Both the position numbers and the translations under genes were made by a program. Positions 46,468-58,442 of a DNA stretch of 64,000 nt are shown one piece after another. A model generated the notes under the pieces. The model was not told the DNA's origin. It saw nothing but the letters and a program-made list of their open reading frames with translations, and searched no databases. This DNA comes from Amphiscolops sp. MND2022 (taxonomy: Eukaryota), in NCBI GenBank assembly GCA_964187785.1, contig OZ076409.1, positions 434,001-498,000 of the forward strand. The letters run 5' to 3'. Numbering within the stretch: the first letter of the stretch is position 1; each line of letters starts with the position of its first letter.

Positions 46468-48276
46468 TGTCGCAGGCTGCCGCCTGTGACGTTACGACAG
46501 TGACTACGTCCGCAGAAGGCCACCCTACCAACCTACTAAAGTTAAATCCTGTTGGAAACTGAGACAAACTAATTTACTTTCTCTTACTACAACATTGTAA
46601 TACCTATGTAATATGAAATGTTTGTTATTAGTATAATGAAATATTACGATTTGGAAATATCCAAATCGGGTAGTTGCTAAATCAAAATGCTGTAAATATA
46701 TAGCTGGAAGTTGTAATGCTGTGATAAATTGAGAGCAATTCAATCGCAGAAAGGAAACGTGTTCGAATGTGGAAACGTCCTTTCTCGGCAACGAAGTTCT
46801 CCGTACAATAATTGAGCAATCAGAGCACTCCATTGCTATACTTGGTGCACATTTGCTAAACTGGCCGAATAAGGCCGGATGACGCTACTTTGTTCTGCTT
46901 GCTTTTCATTTCATTCAATGGGCCGGTTTCGGCTTCATTTAAAATATAGTGCAGTAAGAAAACTAATAACCCCAATAATCAAATAAAACTTGATCGTGTG
47001 CGCATTTAAAGATGAACACTGTCCTGATGCAGACCACCTAACTATTTTTTAACTATGATAAAATATTTCGACCACCCCTACTGATGTTAAATTAAAATTA
47101 GCCAAATGACCTGTTCATATCCAATCATGTAATGATGTTGCTTTCTTTCATTTGTTAGTAATGTTTCCAATTTAACTGTACTACATAACTGGTACGGGAC
47201 GTGTCAGGATCAATAATTTTGAACCATCACAAACTATTGTTTACATTTCAGTGTTAGGCTAAAAGTACGCATTAGGCCGTTATACCATGTCTGTATCTGC
47301 ATGTAATTTTGAAGTTATTTCAGTTGACGTTTTTCACGTGGCGACACGTGCCAATTATTTGTACTAAAGTTGCTCTGTAATTTGTTACATTCCTGAAGTG
47401 GTAGCTTGTTTGAAGTCACATTCTTTATTGCCTATCAATTTCACTAATTTCCATTACTGGGATGTTTACTTAAATATTGCATATACGTGACTTTTTGTGT
47501 GAAGGTGTCACCTGATGCTAAGGAAAAATTGCTTTGATGTTATGTTGAATAATATTTCAAATATGTGGAAAATGTGATTGTCACCCACCTAGGAGTATAT
47601 ATACCCGAGTTTTTCTTGGGAGGGACACAATTGTCGTATTCTCGCAGTATTTGACACGCTTTTATAAGATTGCAAAAATAGATTAAGAATAAATTTTTCA
47701 ATCTTGAAATCTCAATGCCTACTACTAGAAAACAGAAGAAGGCTAGAAAATATAGAGGACTTAAAATGTTCTCAGACATTGAAAATCTTGATGTGATGCT
47801 TGGAGAGAATCACTTTAGTAATTTATATAGAGAGAAGAGCTTAAACAGTAATTTAGCTGGAAGACCTGAGAGCGTTGTCAGCAAAAACTTTGAAAATGAC
47901 AATGAGGAAATGTGTTCAAACCGTAACTTAGGTGTTAATGCCGATTATGGGCAAAATTCCGCAAGCGAACATTCTAGTGCCGGAATTAATAGACTGTCTA
48001 GCGAATTTAACTCGAGGTTATCAAAAGAGTTAGACGAGATGATGGGTAGTGTCAACACTCAGATCCAAAGGGCTATCAGTGACGCAATAAGCAATCAGAT
48101 ATTACCCCAGATTCAAACTTCCCTAAATGTCGGATCAGGCCACTTGACACAAAATAGGTGAAACATTCCGTCCGAGAGACCGGAAATTAATTGGTGTGAA
48201 GGCCAAAAAAACACTAGAAGTGAATGTCGCAACGATTATCAAAATGATGGTCAAACCCATTCGCGTGTTTACGACA
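46468..48276 (+). mobile_element. Solo LTR (1809 bp) of a second family
   Basis: TGTCG...CGACA inverted ends; perfect 5-bp TSD TATGC (46463-46467, 48277-48281); no internal pol. Confidence 0.88.
47715..48276 (+). pseudogene. LTR-encoded Gag-like N-terminus running to the LTR end
   Basis: MPTTRKQKKARK... frame stays open to the last LTR base except one TGA (48159); the basic start resembles MTTRSQKRKA of the big element. Confidence 0.65.
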
Positions 48277-48879
48277 TATGCTAAGAGCGTTTTCGAGAAA
48301 AATATTTCGAAAATAAGGGTACCGAAAAATACACAAATCAAGCATTTGGTGCTCAAAAAACATTATTTCTATAACTGAAAACATCAAAGAAAAACCAAAT
48401 TGAAGATTTTTTCGAAATGTTCTTTTCGATAGTGCTGCAAAAACACTAAGGGGGATCCTTTGGTATCAAACAGTTTCCTAGCTACCGCGATTACTATGAA
48501 AAAATCAAAGGGAGTACCATATAGCCTCCTTGGGTGCTCTTTCGAAATTAGGCGTAAAAAGGTAAGCTTTCAGTGTGACAACTGAGGTCTAACAAAAAGA
48601 CTGGCCTCGGATACTTTCCGTTACATAAAGCGCCGACTAAAGACACTCAATTCCTTCAATAAATGATATCAAAAAACATTACTTCGATCTATAAAAAAGG
48701 CTGTTTGCTGGAAAAAATTATGAAGCATTTGAAGGTGACCTAATTAAAACGCTATTCCCTCCAACAATTCAGGCTGAGTTGTGGTCTATGTGCATTGACG
48801 ACATATTTACACCAGAGCCGCATATGCAATAAATGTGTCGGCGTTGGTCTTTTTCCTTCGGACTCGCTCCAATCCCAGT

Positions 48880-49440
48880 TATACGAATTCATTGAAACTG
48901 CACACAGAGACCATAATATAGTGTAGAATGACTGTAGAAAATTTCGTTCGAATCGTATGGACAGTTTTTGAGAAAATCAAAAAATGTCGAAAATGACTGT
49001 TTTTTGGCCATTTTTGGACTATATTTGGCTATGTTTCTCACATCCCAGTTATGCGATTTTGATGCCATTGCACATATAGGACTCTAATCCGGTGTAAAAT
49101 GACTGTAGAAACGTTCGTTCGAAGCGTATGGACAGTTTTTGAGAAAATCGAAAAAAGTCGGAAAATGGCTGTTGTTGGGCTAACTTTGGCCATTTTTATG
49201 CTAATTTTGGCTATGTTTCTCACATTCCAGTCATACAATTTTGATGCCTTTGAGCACTCAGGGGCCCCTTTGGGTGTTGAATGACTGTGCGAAATTTTGT
49301 GAGAATCGTAGGGACAATTTTTGAGAACTTTGAGATTTTCATGAAAAGGTCGGGAGAAAAAAACAAAAAAACGACACGATTGCATAAAAAATTGCAAAAT
49401 TTTCCGACTCCTAAAAACAATTACACCTGAAAAAACCATC
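48880..49440. repeat. Unclassified repeat with three ~170-bp diverged subunits
   Basis: AATGACTGT..AA..TT.GT..GAA.CGTA.GGACA.TTTTTGAGAA recurs at ~48928, ~49098 and ~49279. Confidence 0.55.
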
Positions 49441-49591
49441 AAGTTGGGCGGTTACAGTCTGCGTAACAGATAACAGAAATCGTTTGACCATTCATCTGAA
49501 CGTTACTTTCTGAATTATACTTTTCGAAACAGAAATGAGTTTATACCTGCTTTTGCTGATATGATCTACCCGGATCCTAATTCATAAGTCT

Positions 49592-49800
49592 TCCATGCGA
49601 TTCCATGCATGGAACCATATGACTCCATACAAAAATTTAATGCCGTTTCCATGCATGGAATCGTATGGAATCATATGGTTCCATGCATGGAATCGCATGG
49701 AATCATATGGTTCCATGCATGGAATCGTATGGAATCATATGGTTCCATGCATGGAATCGTATGGAATCACATGGTTCCATGCATGGAATCGCATGGAATT
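49592..49800. repeat. 32-bp minisatellite with palindromic core TTCCATGCATGGAA
   Basis: CCATGCATGG at 49649, 49681, 49713, 49745, 49777. Confidence 0.9.
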
Positions 49801-49869
49801 AGATAATTGTAGGCATGAAATCGGATTGAATCATATGGAAAACGAAGGAAACCACAGTAATGACATCTG

Positions 49870-50570
49870 AATTACTTACACCATTTCCGAGCATTGGAGA
49901 GGATGATTCCGACAGCCAAGCGAACACTGTTCATCATCCTGGGATCGCAGAAGCTCACTTTGAACTTTTTTACCACTAATTTAGCAGAAACAGAGCTGAT
50001 GCTAAATTCCAGCCCACTCACTCATGTTGCCGATCAGCCGGAGAATGAAGAACCATTGACGCCAGACCTTTTCCTACTGCACCGACCTCATGCCAATTTA
50101 CCTCCTGGAGTTTTTGACAGCTCTGACCAGCCACTTTCATTTATATCATGGAAAAAAATTCAGAAAGTGCCAAACCAAATATGGAAGTGATTACTGAAAG
50201 AATACCTCCCTACTCTTCATTCTCGAGGGAAGTGGTTGACTGGCCAACCTTAGCTACGAGTAGGTGATCTTGTTTGGATCTTACGCGATTTTACAACTCG
50301 TGGAATATGGCGTTGGACGAATCACAACTACCCACACTGGACGAGATGCAATTGTCCGTGTCTGCACAGTCAAGACAGCCTACGGAACCTTCGATCGACC
50401 CGCCGTTTCGCTGTATTGCGTTTTTGCCCTTGACGGTTCGCTCCGCAACGCTACGCATCATCTTTCTCTCCTTAGCCGCTACGCAACCCCTTCATCTTCA
50501 GCGCAGCTAAGGGGTGGAGCATGTCACTGAAGTGACTCATAACTTCACTGAACTGAAGTGACTCATGATT
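49870..50570 (+). mobile_element. BEL/Pao retrotransposon 3' fragment (integrase C-terminus, PPT, start of LTR)
   Basis: WERMI..AKR, LNSSPLT..LTPDLFL, LKEYLPTL, VGDLV, GRI....GRD..VRVCTVKT; AAGGGGTGGAGCA then TGTCACTG at 50522. Confidence 0.85.
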
Positions 50571-51018
50571 TATATATACATATATATATATATATATAAG
50601 TTGGATTCTTGAGATTTCAATAGTACTTCTGCTATCGCAAAAATTATAAAAACCGCGAATTAAAACATTAATCGAATTATGTAGCCATGTTGTCAGGAGT
50701 TCTGATTCACAAAAAGCGAATCCAATTTCATTGTGTATTTTAGTTTCTGAAATGAGTAGCTCCAAAGTTAATCTTTTCCTTTTTTTCTCCGAAACACCAT
50801 CAAATAAAACAGTTTCAAGTTTTTCACTCCAACAAGTATTCCATGAAGTAGTTATTAATCGAAGTACTGAAATTGAGAACATCTTCCCGACGTTAGCTAC
50901 AGAGTAGATGGAGAGTGCGTGCTAAGTGGAAAACTACATCGCTGTTTTATTGAGCCGCAAAAAAAGGATTTGTTTTGCTTCACGACAACGAAAGGTCTTT
51001 TATCATTTTTCAGTCGGT

Positions 51019-51389
51019 TTTTTAGTCGGCGCTTTTATTAATAAAAGAGCCCGACTATTACAGTCACTCGTTTTTTTTTTCATTCAAGACAGACTCGAAG
51101 CGACGAACGTTAAAATTAACGTTCAACTACTAATTACAGTACTACTAAAATACTGGCAGCGCATTTGAGATACTGCAAAGGGTCCCCCTTTCAGTTAGTC
51201 CATTTTTATCGTAACCTACAAAACCGGCCGAGACTAAAGGGTCCCCCCTTTTGATTTTTTTTTCGGCACTGTGCGACATTTTCCGAAAGAGAAAAATTTT
51301 CAAAAATTTCAAGTTTTTTTCCAAAAAAAATGTTTTGCGCTTTTTGAGTCTTAGATATAGCGCCGACTTTAGACGTTCTGGTCTTGTTA
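51019..51389 (+). mobile_element. Helentron/DINE-1-like element
   Basis: TTTTAGTCGGCGC..GCCCGACTA start; GCGCCGACTTTAGACGTTCTGGTCTTGTT end. Confidence 0.7.
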
Positions 51390-53004
51390 TTAAATAAAAG
51401 GCAACTACTACAGCCGCTTTTTGTCGTGTTTCGTTTTCTTTTCAATCCAGTCGGAAAAGCGAATCCGTCAGAATGCCAAATATTTCATGGTTCTGCGGTT
51501 AAATTTGGGTCTTCGGTTTTGTTGTTTTCTAACAAGGTGTTTTTTGGTTCATTTTCTTCTTCTGATGGTTGACAAAGTGAGTTGGATAACTACATTTTTC
51601 CGTGTAAAGCAAGTCAGGAAACGCTCGTGTAGACGCTTCCTCGAAAGGCACCGTGGCTCGAAAAGTAGTTCTTCAAAATCTTGGTAATATTTTGACGGAA
51701 ACTCCGAAAAAGTTGAGTTACATCAACATAGGCCGCTGCGGGTCACTGTAAAATTTCTGCTTTATGGAACAAATAACTTCAATGTTTAGTAAAAATTTAT
51801 CTGAAATAACTATACACTCCTGTTATTTCATTATGTAACGCGCAATTAATAACTGTATCAGTTCACACCGCCTTTGATTCTTCGCGGACTGGAGAAAATA
51901 CAACACACAAAACATTCAGACTTTTTTCGGGAGCACTTCAGGAAACAAGTGGTAACCGAAGAACGGTTCGGTTGTCTGTGTTGTCTGGACCAGAAGATTC
52001 GGTAGACTGGCTATTGGCTGTTCCAGTTGGGTCTCCAGCCTTCCAGTTGGGCACAGCGATAGGTTTTGTCTTTTACAGTGTTTGCTGTAAGCATCTTTAA
52101 TCATTAGATTATTGAGCCTTACAAGTGGGTGAGTTTTTGTCAAGCGTTTCGATTTCAGTTGTGCGACTCCTGCATGTGTGCTAGTTCCCTTAGCTAATTC
52201 GATACTAGAGCTGAAAGGCTAATGATCAATCCTAAATCTCATTTTACACTTTTGAGGTCTTTCCTCCCCTTCAAATATGGTAAATGGCATTTTGACCTTC
52301 TCAACACTGATTTGAAGTGTTTATTCAGACAGTTTTGCACCCGCTTTTGCTCTATCCACACCAGGGACCGATACATGGTCTTAGACATTGGTTAATGATT
52401 CAGTGCTCCTGTGAAAAGGACGAGTTATCCGCGCAAATTCGACTCAGTCTGCTCAAAACTTTTCCGGGCGAACCTTTTCTTTTCACTGTTGATAATTCTG
52501 AGCATGACAGTTCTGGGGTAACGATGGTGTCTTTTTGCTGCACTTCCATTTGTTTGGAAACGGCAGTTTGTGCGTCTTCTGAAGTGACTTCAAGGTTGCA
52601 TCCCGTGGTTCTGATGCCACTTTCGCTTTTGTACGGAACGGAAATTCCTTTCTCAAATCGGTTCCCTTTTTGCACTGAATTTTAGGGATTTCTGATGAAT
52701 CCTAATTGTGAATGATTTTCAAAGTATACGCTTTTTGAGATGTTCGTTCCCAATCTGTGATAGACGTATAAAGTGTGAAAACACTTAGTTTGTAAATATG
52801 TACAAGTACCTGCTAACTGTCTGGCTTGAGAGTTCTCACGCCTTTGCCATTTTGCCTGAGAGCCTTTGTGCGTCAATTCAGAAAAATACGTCAATTCAGA
52901 AACAGTCAATTCAATATCATTCCTCAATATCTTTTGCAATTCGAGTTCTAGTTTCTTCATACAACGCTCCACGTTAAAATTCATTATCCCTTTCAACAAC
53001 TGCA

Positions 53005-56000
53005 ATGTCTCATCTAGTTGGACTGCCCGTGTACTGGCATGAGGCCAATACATCCCCCACGATGGACTGGGACAAGTGGGTGGATCTATTCCAAGTAGCC
53101 GTCATGGCTAAATTTTCGATATCCATCTCGGAATTAACCCGCGAGGCAACTGAACAAAACCCGAGGGTCCGCGCATTGCTAGGGGACATGGATGAAGACC
53201 CTGCTAACAAAAAGGTTGTTAGTGTTATGTATCTCTCACTTGGAGAAGCCGCAAGGAAGTTATTCAAGGACAAATATCCCCATACAACTCTATGGAACCT
53301 AAAAGTGGGAGAACTCATGCAACTAGCGGCGGACTGCTTTCAAGGTAAAAGAAACCGCACCCTCGACCGACATAAATTTTTCTCAAGAGCGCAACAACCC
53401 GGGGAAACCCTCCAACAATTCTGGCACACGCTGAACGGTTTAGCAGCTTTGTGCGACTTCGGAGAAATAACCAACACTCTTGTACTGGAAATGTTTATAT
53501 TACATATGAACAATAAAAAAGTACAGGAAAAATTATGCAACGAGCCCCGTGAGCCAGAACAGGCGTTGGAGTTTGCAATTGCGTTCGAGGAAGGGGTGAA
53601 ACGGCAAAAGTCATATACCCTGCAAAGTACAGAAACCCCGAAAAATGAGAAATCCGAACCAGTGTATGCTGTAGAAAAATCACAAAACTCACGGGAATGC
53701 TTCAGATGTGGGGAATCTAACTTCACTCCAGACCACATCAAGACTTGTACAGCTGTATATTATTGTTGTAAATTTTGTAAAATTGCGGGGCATTTAGAAA
53801 AATGCTGCAATAAGAAGTTCCCCCACCGTCAGAAAGAAATGACGAAACGGCTGAATGCAAGAAACAGCAACACGCAGGGTATGCGAAGAGTGAATTAGAT
53901 CGAAGAAAGTGACGGCAGCACATCAGATGACAACGAAGAGCAATTAGTATTTCAAATCGATGGGATTGGCAGCAAACCCTTTTTTATGGAAAGAACAATG
54001 TGCGGAAACTATTTTAAAGCCATTTTTGATACTGGTTCCCCAGTGTCTATTTTTACCAAACGAGATTTGCAAAAGATCATCGGCGAAAGGAAAGTTGTTA
54101 TCAGAGACAAGATAGACCAAGAGCGTTACGTTGATTATAACAAAAGACCGTTGGAATTGCTGGCATACCAATTCGTACGCCTAGAGCTCGCCGGCGTAAC
54201 GGTATCTAAAGCAAGAGTATTGGTGGCACCAAACAGCGGAAAGTCGATAATCGGACGTGATTGGCTAATTGCTCTACGTTACAAAATAACTCAGCCAATA
54301 GAAAGAGGTGAGTGTAATGTAAATACCAAATTCACTGAGTACGCTGAGGCGGTAAATGAGATTAGTCCCGAAGAAAAGATAAGCCCCGAGGTTCAACAAA
54401 TAATGCGGGAATATCCAGAACTATTTAAACGGAAAGCTCGGGTTAAGGACTACGAAATAAAAACTGATATGAAAGAAAATGCAAAAATTACACAACAAAA
54501 AGGCCGTAGAATCCCTATTCAACTTCAAGAACAAGTGGACAAACAGATTGCAAAACTGTTAAAAGACGGCCACATTGAAAGAATTGAAAAAATTCAAGAT
54601 GATGTATTTATCCAACCTACTGTAATTACTGTAAAAAAGGACAAATCAGTGAAAATAGCGCTGGATGCCCGAGCGTTAAACCAATCAATAGCAAAAGATA
54701 AATATCAAATGCCAAACTTAGATAATTTAATTGATATGATTGCGGAGGATTTAGAGAAAAATGAAGGGGAGGCGTGGTATTCGTCGGTAGATATGACCTA
54801 TGCGTATGGACAAGTCCCTCTACGTGAACTAACAAAGAAACACTGCAATTTTCAAATAGTTGGAGGGAAATCTACAGGAACATATCAATTTACGACAGGA
54901 TACCACGGCCTGACAGTGATGCCAACTGAATTTCAAAAACTAATGGACCTAACTTTAGCAAATATAAATAGTGTATTTGTGTACATTGACGACATTTTAA
55001 TTGTAACCAAGGGAACTAAACAAGAGCCTGTACATAAAGTAAAAGAAGTAATGAGAGTGCTTGATGATGCGATTTTGCAGCTAAAAGCGGGAAAGTGTAT
55101 AATTGCTCAAGAGAGCATAGAATGGTTAGGCTATAAATTGTCGAGAACAGGCATCTCCCCAATACAAAATCCCAGGGCATTAGCGAAAGACTGAGACCGA
55201 CCAATTCAAAACAATTACGTTCATTTTTGGGGGCAGTCAACCAATTTAATAAATTCATACCTAGATTAGCGGCAATTACTTTTCCTTTCAGATCTATTTT
55301 AAAAAAGGATGCAGAGTGGGAATGGACTGAAGAACACGAGAAGGCATTTTTAAAAGTCAATGAAGAAATTATTAACGTTGTAGAATTAACGCATTTTAAT
55401 AGAAACAAAGAGATTAGAATAATTTGTGATGCAAGTAAACAGGGACTTGGCGCAGTACTTCAGCAAAAACAAAATGAGAATGAATGGAAACAAATTTGTT
55501 TCGCTTCGAGATTCTTACCTGACTTCGAAATGAAGTATTCTATTAACGAATTAGAGTTTTTAGCAAAAGTCTGGGCAACTGAACATTTTAAAAATTTTGT
55601 ATATGGTGTACAGTTTAAAGTAATTTCCGATCATAAAGCATTAATGTCCGTGCTAAAACCCAATAGGGGAAATAAGACGTTTTCAAGTAGATTGACAAGA
55701 TGGGTAGATAGATTACTGCCATTCGAATTCGAAGTAGTACATGTAGCTGGAAGAAGGTTGGGAATGGCAGATTATCTATCCAGACACCCAACAGAGTTGC
55801 AGGGCGCGTCGATAAAAGCCGAATCACTATGGAATGAATGGTTCACTGTAAATTCTGTAATTAGTTTGAAAGATGTTTTAGAAGACGGAGAAGTGTCAAG
55901 CGAAGCAAGTCAAGCGAGCAAAGCCAAGCAAATCAAGCGTGAAGTGAAAGAGAGAAATTCCGTCAATCGCGTAAGCGAAGCAAAGTCACGCGGACCAATC

Positions 56001-56495
56001 AAATCGCAGGAAGCACGCAATTCGCAGGATTCGAGTAAGCCTCAGTTTGGTGACAATTACTGTAAAGTAAACATGAGTGAGAATTCCGCGCTTCAACTTT
56101 TGAACGAAAAGCTTTTACCTGCGAATTAACACGCAGATAAAACTATACAAAAAGTCTTTTCCATTGTGAAAAATTACAACAGTACGGCAGTTAGCCGCCT
56201 TCCATCGCCTTGGCGAGAGAAATTCCAGTCGTTTTCAGTAGACGAGCGTGATTTTTTATACATGGATAACAGACTTGTTATACCAAATTCGATGAGAGCC
56301 ATGATTATGTGCTCACTACATTACGGTCACCCTGGGCGTGACGCTGTTAGCAATGATCGGCGATATTTGGTGGCCCCGGATTCACCGGGAAGTCATAGAC
56401 CAGGCAAGACTTTGCGAACAATGTCTGCAATCAGGTAAGAACTTAAAATGTATTCAAAGCCAAAAAGATTTTGGAAAAATTCCGGAAGTAAATAC
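53005..56495 (+). mobile_element. Gypsy (Mag-like) gag-pol, truncated within integrase, no LTRs
   Basis: Gag with CFRCG..H..C / C..C..GHLEKC knuckles; IFDTGSPVS protease; YIDD RT; CDAS RNase H; LHYGHPG..CEQC integrase zinc finger; several stops and frameshifts. Confidence 0.92.
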
Positions 56496-56499
56496 GGAA

Positions 56500-57000
56500 G
56501 CCAGACCTTTTCCTACTGCACCGACCTCATGCCAACTTACCTCCTGGAGTTTTTGACAGCTCTGACCAGCCACTTTCATTTAAATTATGGAAAAAAATTC
56601 AGAAAGTGCCAAACCAAATATGGAAGTGATTACTGAAAGAATACCTCCCTACTCTTCATTCTCGAGGGAAGTGGTCGACTGCCCAACCTTAGCTACGAGT
56701 AGGTGATCTTGTTTGGATCTTACGCGATTTTACAACTCGTGGAATATGGCGTTGGACGAATCACAACTACCCACCCTGGACGAGATGCAATTGTCCGTGT
56801 CTGCACAGTCAAGACAGCCTACGGAACCTTCGATCGACCCGCCGTTTCGCTGTATTGCGTTTTTGCCCTTGACGGTTCGCTCCGCAACGTTACGCATCAT
56901 CTTTCTCTCCTTAGCCGCTACGCAACCCCTTCATCTTCAGCGCAGCTAAGGGGTGGAGCATGTCACTGAAGTGACTCATAACTTCACTGAACTGAAGTGA
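56500..57000 (+). repeat. Near-identical duplicate of the BEL/Pao fragment 50061-50560, abutting the gap
   Basis: Direct comparison; near-identical ORF translations at 50264 and 56703. Confidence 0.9.
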
Positions 57001-57200
57001 NNNNNNNNNNNNNNNNNNNNNNNNNNNNNNNNNNNNNNNNNNNNNNNNNNNNNNNNNNNNNNNNNNNNNNNNNNNNNNNNNNNNNNNNNNNNNNNNNNNN
57101 NNNNNNNNNNNNNNNNNNNNNNNNNNNNNNNNNNNNNNNNNNNNNNNNNNNNNNNNNNNNNNNNNNNNNNNNNNNNNNNNNNNNNNNNNNNNNNNNNNNN
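57001..57200. other. Assembly gap (200 N)
   Basis: Run of N. Confidence 1.
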
Positions 57201-57399
57201 AGGTCGTTTCTGTATTCGGTTCTCTTCCGAACTGTAACTTAAAGGCCCTTTTCTTTAAACGCGTCCGTGGAGATTTTCAAGAAAAAAACACGAGAAAATA
57301 ACTGCTGTCTTAAAAAACTGCTGTTATGCGTCGGTAGTCTCAAAAAGACTGCCGGCCATTTGCTATGCCTGTCTTCCAACAATACAGTGCAGAATCCGT

Positions 57400-58330
57400 C
57401 AATCGATGCGGTTTCGTGGTCAGTCCAATGAACCTCAACTGGATCTCGTGTATTGCGTTTTGGTATGCTTAAGTGAACTTCACTGTTTCTGCCGGAAAAC
57501 TCACTTGGTGCCCAAATGTCACACTTTTACTGGACGACAGCTTTATTGGCCCGGAAAAAAAGCGAGGCCATCTGCATCTCATTGGTTGGGTGGCCATCTC
57601 TAACAACCCGAACTATCTTCTCAAGGTCCCAATTTTGTTCATGAGCAGCTAAAGTTTGCTGGCGTCCAATTTATGGATTTGGCAAACTCGCTATCCTAAC
57701 ATAACTTGACCAGCTGATCGCCATTATTCCCATCAGCCACAGGACAAGTTGGGATTCTCTAGAAATTTTCTTTCTCCTTTGGCGAAATGTTTTGGTTAGT
57801 GGCTGTTCAGGAATCGAGTAGATCATCGTTTAGCGGCTGTTGCACTGGAGTTACCAAGTTCTTTGTCGGTCAGTTGGCTTGGCTGGTGGGAGGGACCTAT
57901 GTGACCGGGTTGGCACTTCCACGGCAGGGCTCTCAATTCTAGTTTTAATTTCGAAGCTACTCTTCAATTGCCTTTCTTTCATGACAAAGGAAACATGGCT
58001 TGTGGTGTTTCTTTCACTTTCCGTCATGAAAGCCTTGGATTTCCTACTTAGATACATAAGTTGGGTGGATAGTTAGACATGCCGCCTACGCTTGATTAAT
58101 TGTTCAGTCACTTCGCACGAATCCATTCGACGGTTATAGCTTTTGTGTTACTGGTCTTGAAGCAATTAGGACAGCCAAGAGCCGTCTCTTGAATGGTGCC
58201 GATCTTCAGCTGTCGGTAGCATCACCCTGCTTTTTTGCAGCATCATCGTACTTTGAGATGACGTACTTTTCTCTAACTCTAACGTTTCTAATTCGATGAA
58301 TTTTGTTGCTTGTATACTTTCGTATAATGC
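57400..58330 (-). pseudogene. Possible highly decayed retroelement gag (BEL/Pao-like Cys/His region)
   Basis: Broken frames with TCPVADG.. and GHPTNEM..; weak. Confidence 0.25.
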
Positions 58331-58442
58331 TCAAACGCTGTTTTGTTTGGTTTTGTGCAATTTTATCAAATTTTTATTGCAGTGTATTGGCTTTACTTTC
58401 AAGTAGGAAGTAAACTGCGATCTTAACACCATTCTAGGTGTT

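Noticed and set aside
49649..49800. CRISPR-like 32-bp palindromic repeats
   Set aside because: Units are contiguous with no unique spacers, no cas genes, eukaryotic context
53896..53898. Programmed stop read-through between Mag-like gag and pol
   Set aside because: The element has other stops and frameshifts; a point mutation in a single gag-pol ORF is simpler
56500..57000. Biological Gypsy-BEL chimera
   Set aside because: Near-identical to 50061-50560 and abuts an assembly gap; local duplication or misassembly is more likely
56997..57242. 81-aa ORF
   Set aside because: Artefact of the N gap
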